Of a DNA stretch of 64,000 nt, positions 1 through 11,339 are shown in pieces. The DNA is taken from contig JAFGCK010000053.1 in assembly GCA_016932675.1 (NCBI GenBank), positions 4,748 through 68,747 of the forward strand, written 5' to 3'. The first letter of the stretch is position 1. Each line of letters begins with the position of its first letter. The notes beneath the pieces were generated by a model. The model was given only the letters and a program-made list of their open reading frames with translations, was not told where the DNA came from and did no database searches. This DNA is from Methanosarcinaceae archaeon. GTDB lineage: Archaea; Halobacteriota; Methanosarcinia; Methanosarcinales; Methanosarcinaceae. A program made the position numbers and the translations under genes.

Positions 1-73
1 CAGCTACGAGTATTTCCTTACACTGCGTGGAGAGGCTTTCCTTGAGAACGTTGAGTCAAAGCATGAGCATTGA
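1..73 (+). CDS. 3' end of an unidentified CDS entering from the left (..SYEYFLTLRGEAFLENVESKHEH*)
   Basis: Open frame from nt 2 to TGA at 71-73, convergent on gatB; too short to assign a family. Confidence 0.4.
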   Translation, partial: SYEYFLTLRGEAFLENVESKHEH

Positions 74-155
74 TGAGAATAAGTTCCGGATGAAAGAAAA
101 GAAAGCACATAAATAATAGTGCTGCCGGATATTTAAATGGGGTTTCTGGCCCCGT

Positions 156-1583
156 TCAGCTTTGATCGTTCAGATCTTTGACCAGCCTTTCCCTGACTTC
201 TCTGGCATCGGCCCGTCCTTTTGTCTTCTGCATGACCTTGCCAACAACAAAGTTCAGGGACTTTTCCTTACCTCCAAGGTAATCTGTCACAGCTTCCGGA
301 TTCTCGGCAATGGCCTCTTTCACGGCCTTTGCAACAATGTCATCCTCCACTTTGAGCAGCCCTTTATCTTTGACAATATCCTGAGGCTTTCCGCCGTGGT
401 CAAGGATGGTACGTATGACTTCGACACCGCTCTGCTCGGTGATCCTGTTCTCTGTCACAAGTTCGATTATTGTAACGATGTCCTTCGCAGCGAAGGCATC
501 AATCCCAAGGTCGCGGTAGTTGAGCTCACCCCTGAGTATGTCGGCCACCCAGACCGCCGCATCCTTCGGGTTGACCTTCCCGGCGACATCTTCATAGAAG
601 TCGGCCACCTTTATCTCGTTAGTGAGTGCCCTTGCGTGCATGTTCGACATTTCGTACTGTCGCAGGAAACGTTCACGCCTGGCATCCGGCAGCTCAGGCA
701 ATGCCTTCTGGATCTCCGGTGCCCGTTCGGCAACCCTGAGCGGTACGAGGTCGGGCTCGGGGAAGTATCGGTAATCGTGCTCTGCTTCCTTGGTACGCAT
801 GGAGATGGTAACACCTCTCGCCTCGTCGAAATGCCTGGTCTCCATAACGATCTCCCCTCCTCGGCGGACGTGGTTCTTCTGCCTCATTATCTCATAGAGC
901 AGCGCCCGCTCGGCTCCCTTGAAGGATGAGATGTTCTTGATCTCCACACGCTCCCCCCCAAAGACCGAAACGTTGGCATCCACCCTCATGGCACCTTCCA
1001 GGTCGCCGTTGAATACGTCCAGGTAGTCCAGAATGCTCCTTAGTTTGTCAAGGTAGCGCCTGGCCTCCTTTGGGCTTCTCATGTCCGGCTCGCTGACTAT
1101 CTCGATAAGTGTCATTCCGGAACGGTTATAGTTGATGAGCGTTCCCTTGGATTTCTCGATGGTGCCGATATGCTGGAGCCTGCCTGGGTCCTCTTCCATA
1201 TGTGCACGTGTGATCCTGATGACACGCTCGCCGTCCTCGCCTTCGATAATAACCTTTCCCTTGCTGGCTATCGGGTAATCGTACTGTGTGGTCTGGAAAC
1301 CCTTCGGAAGGTCGGGGTAGTAATAGTTCTTCCTGTGGAACTGGGTCTGTTCCACGATCTCACAACTGAGTGCGAGTCCTATCCTGATGGCGAACTCCAC
1401 CGCCCTTTCGTTGATCACAGGCAGTGAACCCGGAAGTCCCAGGCAGACAGGGCATACGTGGGTATTGGGCTCGTCATTGTGATAGTCTGTGGAGCAGCCG
1501 CAGAACAGTTTTGTTTTGAGTTTGTTCAGCTGGACGTGCACCTCAAGTCCTATCTTTACGCCATCGGGGTTCTCATACACCAT
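156..1583 (-). CDS. gatB: Asp/Glu-tRNA amidotransferase subunit B
   Basis: 475 aa; IGLEVHVQL, KLFCGC, RKNYYYPDLPKG and YRYFPEPDL motifs. Confidence 0.97.
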   Translation of the reverse strand: MVYENPDGVKIGLEVHVQLNKLKTKLFCGCSTDYHNDEPNTHVCPVCLGLPGSLPVINERAVEFAIRIGLALSCEIVEQTQFHRKNYYYPDLPKGFQTTQYDYPIASKGKVIIEGEDGERVIRITRAHMEEDPGRLQHIGTIEKSKGTLINYNRSGMTLIEIVSEPDMRSPKEARRYLDKLRSILDYLDVFNGDLEGAMRVDANVSVFGGERVEIKNISSFKGAERALLYEIMRQKNHVRRGGEIVMETRHFDEARGVTISMRTKEAEHDYRYFPEPDLVPLRVAERAPEIQKALPELPDARRERFLRQYEMSNMHARALTNEIKVADFYEDVAGKVNPKDAAVWVADILRGELNYRDLGIDAFAAKDIVTIIELVTENRITEQSGVEVIRTILDHGGKPQDIVKDKGLLKVEDDIVAKAVKEAIAENPEAVTDYLGGKEKSLNFVVGKVMQKTKGRADAREVRERLVKDLNDQS

Positions 1584-3019
1584 TATACCACCTCCCGGGG
1601 TCTTCTTGTATGATGAGCGGTATTCTGCTCGAAACTGTAGGCAGCCCTGATTATCGTGTTCTCATCAAAGTGCTTGCCTATGATCTGTAATCCCACAGGC
1701 ATGCCTTCTGAGAACCCGCACGGCACGGATATGGATGGCACTCCTGCAAGGTTGACAGGAACGGTGTTGACATCCGCAAGGTATAGTGAGAGCGGGTCGT
1801 CGATCTTCTCACCTATCTTAAAGGCTGGTGTGGGCATTGTCGGTCCCATGAGCACATCCACTTCTGACAGCGCCCTGTCGAAATCCTGTTTCACAAGGGT
1901 CCTGACCTTGAGTGCCTTGAGGTAGTACCTGTCATGGTAGCCTGCAGAAAGTGCATAGGTCCCAAGCAGTATCCTGCGCTTGACCTCGTCGCCGAACCCT
2001 TCAGCCCTGGTATTTGAGGCCATGACATGCCAGTTGTCACCATCTGCACGGAATCCATACCTTGTGCCATCAAAACGTGCAAGGTTGGACGATGCCTCGC
2101 TCATGGCTATGATGTAGTAGGATGCAAGTGCATATTTTGTGTGCGGCATGGATATCTTTTTCCAGGATGCTCCCATGTCTTCGTATTTACCGATTGCATC
2201 CCATACCGCCTTCTCAACACCTTCGTCGATGCCTTCCCCGAAATATTCTTCCGGTACGCCTATCTTCAGGCCGTTGACATCGTCCTTCAGGGCTTCACTG
2301 TAGTTGTTCTCCCTGTTGATGGATGTGCTGTCCCTGTGGTCGTGGCCTGCGATAACGTCCATGAGTGCGGCAATGTCGGCAACACAGGTTGCAAGGGGCC
2401 CTATCTGCTCAAGGGAGTTTGCATAGGATATGAGCCCGTACCTTGAGATGCATCCGTAGGTTGGCTTCAGTCCGACAACACCGCAGAAGGCTGCGGGACA
2501 CCTGACCGATCCTCCTGTGTCTGAACCAAGGGAAACCGGTGCCTCGCCTGCAGCAACCACAGCGGCGCTGCCTCCTGAGGAGCCACCAGGGACCCTGTCA
2601 GTATCCCACGGGTTAAGTGTGGCTCCATAGTAGCTGGATTCTGTGGATGTACCCATGGCGAACTCGTCCATATTGGTCTTGCCGAGTATCACAGCACCGG
2701 CATCCCTGAGTTTCCCGATGACGTGTGCATCGTAGGGTGGAACATATCCCTGCAGTATCTTAGAGGAACAGGTGGTAGAGAGTCCGGTTGTGGAAATGTT
2801 GTCCTTGATGGCAATGGGCACCCCTGCCAGCGGCCCCTCCTGATCCCCGGCATCTATGGCTTTTGCCACTTCCAGGGCCCTGTCCCAGGTTCTGACAAAG
2901 CCGTTTATGCAGCTTTTTCCTATCTTTTCAAGATATGAAGCAGTGACCTCTTCTGCAGAGCTTTCCGCGATCTTCTGTTTTATTCCGGAGATGTCTGTCC
3001 ATGTTACCATACCTCTCAC
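1583..3019 (-). CDS. gatA: Asp/Glu-tRNA amidotransferase subunit A
   Basis: 478 aa amidase signature ([33 protein letters not shown]); stop overlaps gatB start (TAATG). Confidence 0.97.
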   Translation of the reverse strand: MRGMVTWTDISGIKQKIAESSAEEVTASYLEKIGKSCINGFVRTWDRALEVAKAIDAGDQEGPLAGVPIAIKDNISTTGLSTTCSSKILQGYVPPYDAHVIGKLRDAGAVILGKTNMDEFAMGTSTESSYYGATLNPWDTDRVPGGSSGGSAAVVAAGEAPVSLGSDTGGSVRCPAAFCGVVGLKPTYGCISRYGLISYANSLEQIGPLATCVADIAALMDVIAGHDHRDSTSINRENNYSEALKDDVNGLKIGVPEEYFGEGIDEGVEKAVWDAIGKYEDMGASWKKISMPHTKYALASYYIIAMSEASSNLARFDGTRYGFRADGDNWHVMASNTRAEGFGDEVKRRILLGTYALSAGYHDRYYLKALKVRTLVKQDFDRALSEVDVLMGPTMPTPAFKIGEKIDDPLSLYLADVNTVPVNLAGVPSISVPCGFSEGMPVGLQIIGKHFDENTIIRAAYSFEQNTAHHTRRPREVV

Positions 3020-3020
3020 C

Positions 3021-3302
3021 TCATATTATCTTCGGTGTCTTGAAGTTGCCTTCCTTCCTGTACTCGGTGTTGGAGAGTACTGCATCCTGCGGCATGGATT
3101 CAGTCACTTCGTCTTTTCTGAATACGTTCACGATATCCATTACGTGATAGGTGGGTGGCACATCTTCGGTGTCGACCTTGTCAAGCTGTCCGAAATAGTC
3201 CAGTACTGAGTTCAGCTTTCCGGCATACGCATCGGATTTTGTTTCATCGATCCTGATACGTGCGAGCCAGCCTACATGTTCTACTTCTTCTTTAGTGATC
3301 AT
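3021..3302 (-). CDS. gatC: Asp/Glu-tRNA amidotransferase subunit C
   Basis: 93 aa, [12 protein letters not shown]...NVFRKDEV; first gene of the gatCAB operon. Confidence 0.95.
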   Translation of the reverse strand: MITKEEVEHVGWLARIRIDETKSDAYAGKLNSVLDYFGQLDKVDTEDVPPTYHVMDIVNVFRKDEVTESMPQDAVLSNTEYRKEGNFKTPKII

Positions 3303-3416
3303 CGCAAGTTCCTCAAATATGAAATAAGGTATGATATGCAGATATTTAAGCTTAGAAAGCAGACGATCATATTAAAAATGTTGGTTTAGCCATGAAAACA
3401 CATTTATCCCTAAAGG

Positions 3417-4736
3417 GTGACAGTTCAATCCATGTCGTCTCCTGTTACGCACGCAACCCTGGATGAGTGGATATCAGAAGAGTCAATTCCTTTTTCTCCA
3501 GGCCCGTCCGGAATTTTCAATGGTGCCGTCGATAGTATGCTTTCTCTAATTGATAGCTCCGTAATGCTGCTTGGTTTCGGAGAAGCACTTCATGGCGGTG
3601 AGGACATTCTCATACTCCGCAACTGCCTCTTCAGGTGCCTTGCAGAGAAGCATGGCTACAGTGCCATCGCAATCGAGAGCAGTTTTACCCGGGCAGATGT
3701 GGTGAACGAGTACATAGCCGGCCGCGGCACCGGATCATATGATGGGATCAAAGGGACGGGTTTTAGTCATGGTTTCGGAAAACTCGGGGCCAACCGGGAA
3801 CTTGTGGAGTGGATGCGTGAATACAACACTGACCCCTCCCATCGCGTCAAACTCCGTTTCTACGGCTTTGACAGCCCCACTGAAATGATGTATGCTGACA
3901 GCCCGGGGCATCTTCTTCATTTTGTGCTGGATTATCTGTCCCCGTTTGACGGTGCAGGTGCAGATGAGCGCCGGGAACGCATTGACCTGCTTTTGGGGGC
4001 GGATGCCCGGTGGGAGAATCCTGCCGCAGCGATGGATCCGGCCAAATCGGCAGGCCTTTCACCAGATGCCACTGAACTGAGGATCGAGACGGAGGATCTC
4101 ATATCGGAACTAAGTGAACGCCGTCCCGAACTGGTATCCAAAAGCGGTGAAAGCCGTTATCTTGAAGCGGTACAATACGCCACGATGGCCAGGAAGTTGC
4201 TGAACTACCATGCGGTAATGGCCCGGGAGTCGGACAACAGGCTGGTCAGGCTTCTTGGCATCCGCGATGCTATGATGGCGGATAATCTGGAGTACATCGT
4301 ATCAAGGGAGCATGGCAGGGGAAAGGTGCTTGCCTTTGCTCACAACAGTCATCTTCAGCGGGGAAAGGCCAGCATGCAACTGGGCCCTTATGCATTGACA
4401 TGGTATCCTGCGGGCTCGCATCTGGATGCCATGTTCGGCCCGCGCTATGCCGTAATCGGTTCAGCAGTGGGTATCTCTGATGAGAATGGGATCGGCCAGC
4501 CGGAACCAGGCACTCTTGAGGCGTTACTGAACGGTTTGCCGGAGAAGATGCTGTTTATCCCTACTCACAAAGGCCTGGGTCTGCCGGCTGAGGAAATTGC
4601 AGCTCTGCCGTCACGTTCGGGCAGTATGAAGAACCATACCTACTTCGCACTTACCCCCCAAAGTTTCATGGATTTTGACTGGCTGGCCTTTTTGGATTCA
4701 ACGACTTACAGCCACGGTGGCCCAAAGCTGCAATAA
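3417..4736 (+). CDS. Erythromycin esterase (EreA/EreB-like) family protein
   Basis: 439 aa, GTG start; LLGFGEALHGG, IAIES, RFYGFD, RDAMMADN and AHNSH motifs typical of the family. Confidence 0.8.
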   Translation: MTVQSMSSPVTHATLDEWISEESIPFSPGPSGIFNGAVDSMLSLIDSSVMLLGFGEALHGGEDILILRNCLFRCLAEKHGYSAIAIESSFTRADVVNEYIAGRGTGSYDGIKGTGFSHGFGKLGANRELVEWMREYNTDPSHRVKLRFYGFDSPTEMMYADSPGHLLHFVLDYLSPFDGAGADERRERIDLLLGADARWENPAAAMDPAKSAGLSPDATELRIETEDLISELSERRPELVSKSGESRYLEAVQYATMARKLLNYHAVMARESDNRLVRLLGIRDAMMADNLEYIVSREHGRGKVLAFAHNSHLQRGKASMQLGPYALTWYPAGSHLDAMFGPRYAVIGSAVGISDENGIGQPEPGTLEALLNGLPEKMLFIPTHKGLGLPAEEIAALPSRSGSMKNHTYFALTPQSFMDFDWLAFLDSTTYSHGGPKLQ

Positions 4737-5006
4737 TGAAGTGTCAGCCCGGCTGGCATCTCTCTTTTTCACCTGCGATCGGTAATCCCTTTAAACAGGT
4801 CCATATGGTTGCGGTCGTGAAATTATTTCTCCTGTTACGATCAGGGGGCATTTGCCTTCCGGATGCTATGGTCCGATATATCTGAAGATCAAAAACAGGT
4901 GGGTGCCATGGTTTTGCGTATGGGGCCATATGCACCGCCTACGGGTACAATATGTTGTTAATCGCAAACTATATAATTTGTTAGTACTTAATTACTAACA
5001 GGTATC

Positions 5007-7327
5007 ATGGCTGCAAAAACAATCTTTGAAAAATTTGGGGCCTTTATAGAAAAATGGCCCGTGGGAATTATTCTCGTATCAATCCTCCTGATGCTTATGG
5101 CATTTCAGGGTGCAGGCCTGATAGAACATAAGAGTGGAACCGACACTTTTGTCGAAAAGGGTTCGCAGATGTACCAGAACTATGACCATATTTACAAGCG
5201 TAATTTCGGCAGCGAAGTTGTTATAGTGCTGGTGGATTCCGATGATGTGAGGGAACACGAGGTCCTGGAAGCGATCGATGATTTTGACACCATGATGGAG
5301 CAGGACAGGGATGTTGAGAATATCATGAGCATGGCATCGCTGGTCAAAGATGCCTCATATTCCATGACCGGCCGTGCTGAAATTCCCGGAAATGATGAAA
5401 CTATCCTTGCAATTATCGATCAATTGCCTTCTGCTTACGTTGATCATTCATGCCCGACACAATGCATACCATCATCATGGTCCAGATGCCCGGAAGTATC
5501 GATGAGGAAAACAAGCAGAGGGTCCTTTCACAGGTTGAAAGGGCGATCGATGTTGTTGATTTTCCTGCCGGTACCACAGCCATTGCAACCGGAGACCCTG
5601 CATTCATGATAGCAATGTCAGAGGAAATGAGTTCAGGTCTCTCAAGCATGCTGATCCTTGCCTTCATACTGATGATCTTTGCCCTTCTCATAGTGTTCCG
5701 GCATGTGAGGTGGTCCCTTATGCCAATACCCGTAGTCCTGATAGGCCTCATATGGACCTTCGGTGCAATGGGTTTTCTCCGTATTCCGATGACAATGGCC
5801 TCTATGGCGGTATTCCCTATCCTTATAGGGCTTGGGGCAGATTACGCGATCCAGTTCCATAATCGTGTGGAAGAAGAACTTGCAAAAGGTGAGTGTGTCC
5901 GGGAAGCCATAATCGACACGATCAAACACACCGGTCCTGCAGTAGGCAGTGCTGTTGCGGCTACATGCCTGGGTTTTATTGCTCTTCTTATCTCCCCTGT
6001 TCCGATGATACAGGACTTTGGGAAAATGAGTCTCATTGGAGTGCTGCTGTGCTATCTTGTTTCCATGTTCGTTCTCGTTTCTGTATTATATGTACTTGAC
6101 AGGAGGGCTGAAAAAAAGAAGAACAGCTGCCCGGCGGGGCATGCTGCCGCAAAGCGTGCAGAGCCAGCAGAAACAGCAGTTGGGAAAATCCTTTCCAGGA
6201 TTGCAATGTTCTCAACAAAAAGGCCTCTGGCCGTGATTGCCCTGGCTTCCATGCTTGCGGTAGCAGGACTCTATGCTGACGAGCATGTAGGGGTGCAGAC
6301 GGAGACAAAGGATTTTGTACCCCAGGACATGCAGGCATTGCAGGACCTGAACAAACTGACACATATAATGGGCGGCACAGATCAGATCAATATCATTGTC
6401 AAAGCTGATGATGTCCTAGACCCTGATGTGTTGCAATGGATGGTGGATTTCTCTCAGCGGGAAGAAGAGCTCAATAACTGTATTACCGGATCCGCCAGCA
6501 TAGGTTCGCTGGTTTGCTCTGGTTATGGCTCAATACCTTCTGAGAGGGACACGATCAGTTCAATTACTGACAGCATGTCCCCGGTCCTGATCGATCAGTA
6601 TATAGAAGGCGGGAATATTGCTGTGATGAACCTGAAGCTTGAGAGTGATCTCAGTTCGGAGCAGATCTCAGGCACTGTCGGTCAGATCGAAAGTGACCTG
6701 CAATGGTACAGTCCTCCGCCAGGGGTTTCTGTAACTGTCACCGGTACAAAGGTAATGTCCACCTCCATCCTGGGTGCTCTCACATCGGGAAGGACCCAGA
6801 TGGGCTACCTTGGAATGGCTATCATATTCCTTGGCATGCTGGTCATCTACAGGGACTGGCTGAAGGCCCTGTCCACGATATTGCCTATAGTGATGGTGAC
6901 AGGATGGATAGGCGGTGTGATGTATCTGCTTGGCATGTACTATAATCCCCTGACCGCCACCCTTGGTGCCCTTGCAATAGGCATTGGGGCGGAATTCACG
7001 ATACTTATGCTTGAACGTTATTTCGAGGAACGTGAAAAGGGACTGGAACCCTATGCTTCCATGGAAAAAGCAGCATCTTCTGTAGGGCCTGCTATCATGG
7101 CATCAGGTTCTACCGTGATATTCGGTTTCTCGGCCCTTATCATTTCATCATTCCCGATGCTACGTGATTTTGGTATAGTTACAGTGATAGCTGTGGCATT
7201 TTCGCTGTTAAGCACAGCTATGGTCCTGCCACCTGTAATGGTGAACCTTGACAGGTGGAGAACGGGACGCAAAATGTCAGATAAATCTGCAGATAATAAT
7301 AAAGAATATAATAAGGTGAGTATATGA
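5007..7327 (+). pseudogene. Archaeal RND/MMPL (HAE3-type) exporter split by a 1-nt frameshift at about 5447
   Basis: ORF 5007-5609 (TM1 plus extracellular loop) continues as ORF 5450-7327 (remaining TMs with GLGADYAIQF and GIGAEFTI). GAT CAT TC ATG needs one extra T to join them. Real lesion or sequencing error. Confidence 0.8.
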
Positions 7328-8409
7328 TTTCATTTAAAAATGTAAAGCTGCTTGTGATAGCAGTTATACTGCTTTGCTGCATGCAGGTTGCATCTGCAGG
7401 CATAGACGAGGATGTGGTCTCTGAGATCGCAAGTGACTATTACGATGTCTACGGATACCCTCATCTGACTGCTAATCTCGCCTGTGATGAAGCATTCGAG
7501 AGAGGGGAAGAAGCCGTTCTTTATATTAACCTGATGAACGATGGCCAGATCACAGGATACGAAGCTGATTATGAAGAGATAGAGGACGATATTGCGGAAT
7601 ATGGTGACACTCTGACCAGGTCGTTCATGTCTTCCGAACTCGCATCCGACAGGGCCATCACAAAGGCGGAGTCAATAAGAGCAACACTTTCACCTGTTGA
7701 CCCCGATGCTCCTGTAGATGTCAGGCTTGACACTCTGCTGCTGGGTTCTGTCAGTTCGGGCAAATCCCTTGGATCACCTGCAGCTTTCCCCATAAAGATA
7801 TATGACGATGCAGAGGCTGGCACCTATGAGCTGAAGCTTGACGTAAGCTACAGGTACCAGAGGGATTCGGCGGTCGCTCCACCATACGGTGACACTTACT
7901 ACTGGTATGAGGAGATGGACCAGACGATGTATGTAACGATAGTCATTGAGGAAGAACCATATTTCAGGGTGGCCAATACCGGATCAGATCTCCAGGCAGG
8001 GGACCGGGAGACCATCAATGTGACTTACGTCAATAACGGAGACGATACAGCGTACGATTGTGTTGCAAGGATAAGTGTTGTCGACCCCTTTACAAGCACG
8101 GATGACGAATCCTATCTTGGGGACATGGGACCCGGAGAATCAGGGACAGCAACCTTCGAGATCAAAGTGGCAGATGATGCAACAGTGAAGACATATTCAA
8201 TAAACTCTGAGATAAAGTACAAGGACGGGCATGATGAGAGCCATTATTCCGAAGGTCTTAAGGCAACCGTGGATGTTGCTCCTGCCACCCCATTCGGAGA
8301 GAAGATAAAAGACAATGCTTCGGTTGCATTGGGTCTTATCTTCATGGTGGGTGTGGTCGTGGTACCTGCACACGTGCTACTGAACAAGAAAAAGGTAAAA
8401 GATAAATAA
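7324..8409 (+). CDS. COG1361-like S-layer/Ig-domain membrane-anchored protein
   Basis: 361 aa; signal peptide, acidic beta-rich repeats, C-terminal TM plus Lys tail; ATGA overlap with the RND stop. Confidence 0.75.
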   Translation: MISFKNVKLLVIAVILLCCMQVASAGIDEDVVSEIASDYYDVYGYPHLTANLACDEAFERGEEAVLYINLMNDGQITGYEADYEEIEDDIAEYGDTLTRSFMSSELASDRAITKAESIRATLSPVDPDAPVDVRLDTLLLGSVSSGKSLGSPAAFPIKIYDDAEAGTYELKLDVSYRYQRDSAVAPPYGDTYYWYEEMDQTMYVTIVIEEEPYFRVANTGSDLQAGDRETINVTYVNNGDDTAYDCVARISVVDPFTSTDDESYLGDMGPGESGTATFEIKVADDATVKTYSINSEIKYKDGHDESHYSEGLKATVDVAPATPFGEKIKDNASVALGLIFMVGVVVVPAHVLLNKKKVKDK

Positions 8410-8428
8410 ATAGCTGGTTCAAAGTACT

Positions 8429-9229
8429 ATGATGAATGAACTGATAGAGTCTCTTCAGCAACTTGGTCTCACCTCATATGAAGCAAAGGTGCTCATAGCT
8501 CTGACACAGTACGGAAGTGGAACAGCAGCGGATATCCATGCTCTTTCCGGGATACCCCGTTCCGCTGTCTACGGTGTTATCACCAGGCTGGATGATAAAG
8601 GACTGATCGAGACCCAGAATACCAAGCCGATGCGCTACAGGGCGCTCCCTCCTGGCAGGGTGATCGACAGGCTGAAGGAAGATTTCGAAAATGCTGTTAA
8701 GTTCTCCCGGGAAAAACTGGACAGTATCTATAAAGCCCGGCCCGAAGCTGCGTCAGAGGATCAGGTATGGAATATCAATGGTGTGAAGAATGTCAATGAC
8801 AGGATAGTCCAGATGCTGGACTCGGCAGAAGAGGAGATCATATTCGCCTCTTCCTATCCTTCATTGAATGAAGTTACCAAGGTATATCCTATTATGGGCG
8901 ACATAAAACAGACAGTCCGGAAAAAGATCAGTGAGGGTGTGCAGGTAAAGTTTACCGGACGTGATAAAAGTTATGCAGATGAAATTGAAAAGGCATTCCC
9001 CGGGGCCGAGGTCAGGACATACCGTCAACGAAAAAAATCCCATCCTCTTAAAGGCGGGATACTGGTAGTCGACAATAAGGAAGTACTTGTTGTTACAATC
9101 AAGGATGATGTCGTCACTCCTAACCTTAGTGCCACATGGTACAGTGGGAGAGAGCACGTGCGTATCTTCAAGCATTTCATTGAGGCGGAGTGGGAAACCT
9201 CCAGTCCGGTAAATGCCGGTCCATTATAA
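8429..9229 (+). CDS. TrmB family transcriptional regulator
   Basis: 266 aa; LQQLGLTSYEAKV, SGIPRSAVY HTH, C-terminal effector/PLD-like domain. Confidence 0.88.
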   Translation: MMNELIESLQQLGLTSYEAKVLIALTQYGSGTAADIHALSGIPRSAVYGVITRLDDKGLIETQNTKPMRYRALPPGRVIDRLKEDFENAVKFSREKLDSIYKARPEAASEDQVWNINGVKNVNDRIVQMLDSAEEEIIFASSYPSLNEVTKVYPIMGDIKQTVRKKISEGVQVKFTGRDKSYADEIEKAFPGAEVRTYRQRKKSHPLKGGILVVDNKEVLVVTIKDDVVTPNLSATWYSGREHVRIFKHFIEAEWETSSPVNAGPL

Positions 9230-9282
9230 TCCTCTCTATTCATGGTTGAATTATTGGAACTACGTGGAGTTTTGAATAAATT

Positions 9283-9960
9283 ATGGGCGAACATACCAAC
9301 CCATGGGCTAATCTTAAAGGGAAGAATATCCCCTCAAATGTCGAGCTTGACCATGTTATCTATCAGTATGCCAGGCCCGGTTGCCATGTACTGGATATAG
9401 GCTGTGGTACAGGTAAAGTGAGCATTCCCCTGGCATCACAGGGTTTCCTGGTAAAAGGTGTTGATATCAATGCTGAGGCACTGATGATGGCAACATGCTC
9501 TTCAGGATCACAGAAATGCCCTCAAGTTCCGTTATTCGTTCAGGCCGATGCCACCCACTTGCCGTTCTCTGATTCAACCTTCGACCTGGTCATTATGCAG
9601 GCTTTTCTGACAACCGTTACCTCTAAAGATGACCGCACCCGGATCATCCGGGAAGCATGCAGGGTCCTGAAACCACAGGCTCATCTCTACCTTGCGGATT
9701 TCGGGCAGACCTGGCACTCAAAGATCTATCGCGAGCGATACATCAATGACCTGCCCGTAACTAGGGAGGAAGGCTCCATCCTAGCCTATGACAGGGAGAC
9801 CGGTGAGATCGCTTATATCGCCCATCATTTCACAGAAAAGGAGCTGGTGTTCCTGCTGGTTGGGAACGGGTTTGAGATCGAGTTCTTCAAGAGGGATGGG
9901 TTTGTGACGAGGAACGGGAATCTGGTGAACGGGTTTGTTGTGGTGGGGGGTAAAGTCTGA
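9283..9960 (+). CDS. Class I SAM-dependent methyltransferase
   Basis: 225 aa; VLDIGCGTG motif I, ADATHLPFSDSTFD. Confidence 0.88.
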   Translation: MGEHTNPWANLKGKNIPSNVELDHVIYQYARPGCHVLDIGCGTGKVSIPLASQGFLVKGVDINAEALMMATCSSGSQKCPQVPLFVQADATHLPFSDSTFDLVIMQAFLTTVTSKDDRTRIIREACRVLKPQAHLYLADFGQTWHSKIYRERYINDLPVTREEGSILAYDRETGEIAYIAHHFTEKELVFLLVGNGFEIEFFKRDGFVTRNGNLVNGFVVVGGKV

Positions 9961-9978
9961 GAAGATCTTTTCTTCTTT

Positions 9979-11202
9979 TCATTCCTTTCTCATCTGCCGG
10001 TATTTCAGCGGACCTATCTTCCTGACCAAAGGCAGGGCCATTCTCATGGCACTGGCCTTGAGTTTGATTACGGGCCCTTCGAACAGTGCCTCTACGTCCT
10101 TCAGCTTCTCCGGGATGTCGATGTGCTGGGGGCATTTCTCCAGGCACTTCCCGCAGTTTATGCAAAGCGAGGCGGATGACCTTTCCCCGAGAACGTCCAT
10201 CTGGTACAGGAGATACCTGTGCTTTGTGCCGCCATCATTTGCACCCCCGAATATCTTATTGCTGTTATAGAGGTCAAAACATCCCGGAATATCAACTCCT
10301 GCGGGGCAGGGCATGCAATAATTGCAGCCAGTGCATGGAATGGTCATCAGGCCCCTGTACTTTTCCGCGACCTTACGTACCGTGCCCAGCTCTTCTTCTG
10401 TCAGTGAACCCGGATGCGCCCGAGATGCCGTGCGGATGTTCTCATCGACCTGCGAGATATCGTTCATCCCTGAGAGGACCACAGTGACTTCGGGATGGTT
10501 CCAGATCCATCGCAGACCCCACTCTGCAGGCGTGCGTTTCAGATCCGCTTCGTTCCATATATTCCCGACCTCAGGCGGGATGTTCCTTGCAAGGTTCCCG
10601 CCACGGAGGGGTTCCATAATTGCGACGGCGATCCCTTTTTCCGCTGCATATTTCAGGCCTTCCTTTCCTGCCTGGTAATTCTCGTCAAGGTAATTGTACT
10701 GGATAAGGCAGATATCCCAGTCATAGGAATCGATGATCTGCCTGAAGATATCTACACTGTCATGGAAGGAAAAACCGGCATTGTCTATGCGGCCGTCCTC
10801 CTTGGCCCTGTCAAGGAATTCCAGCACCCCGTTCTCTTTTATCCTCTTCCAGCCGTCCGCTGTAAGGGAGTGTATCAGGTAATAGTCCATATGGTCGGTA
10901 CGCAGCCTGTTCAGCTGGGTATTGAGGATCCTGTCCATGTCCTGGCGGTCATTTACAAGCCAGTGCGGCATTTTAGTGGCGAGCCTTACCTTCTCCCGGT
11001 ATCCGCCAGCCAGGACATCGCCAAGAAAGCTCTCGCTCTGTCCGCCGTGATACGTCCAGGCAGTATCTATGTAGTTTACCCCGTTATCGATGGCGTGGTG
11101 GATAAGGGCAGTGGCCTTCTCCCGGTCGATGGCACCATTTTTCTGGGGAAGTCTCATGGCCCCGAATCCGAGTATTGATAGCTTGTCCCCGTTTTTAGGC
11201 AC
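9979..11202 (-). CDS. Aldo/keto reductase with C-terminal Fe-S domain (COG1453-like)
   Basis: 407 aa; LGFGAMRLP, NYIDTAWTY, CTGCNYCMPCP and CINCGKCLEKCP. Confidence 0.9.
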   Translation of the reverse strand: MPKNGDKLSILGFGAMRLPQKNGAIDREKATALIHHAIDNGVNYIDTAWTYHGGQSESFLGDVLAGGYREKVRLATKMPHWLVNDRQDMDRILNTQLNRLRTDHMDYYLIHSLTADGWKRIKENGVLEFLDRAKEDGRIDNAGFSFHDSVDIFRQIIDSYDWDICLIQYNYLDENYQAGKEGLKYAAEKGIAVAIMEPLRGGNLARNIPPEVGNIWNEADLKRTPAEWGLRWIWNHPEVTVVLSGMNDISQVDENIRTASRAHPGSLTEEELGTVRKVAEKYRGLMTIPCTGCNYCMPCPAGVDIPGCFDLYNSNKIFGGANDGGTKHRYLLYQMDVLGERSSASLCINCGKCLEKCPQHIDIPEKLKDVEALFEGPVIKLKASAMRMALPLVRKIGPLKYRQMRKE

Positions 11203-11339
11203 TTCTCTGTAGAGTATTCTGTCTCCCTCCGGTCATACAGTTATCAGACTGATCGGTCAAGTAATATTGTGCTTTGATGCATATAGGATTTACTTTCATC
11301 AAGGCAATACAACAGTCTCTTGTCCGGATTAAGGAAATG

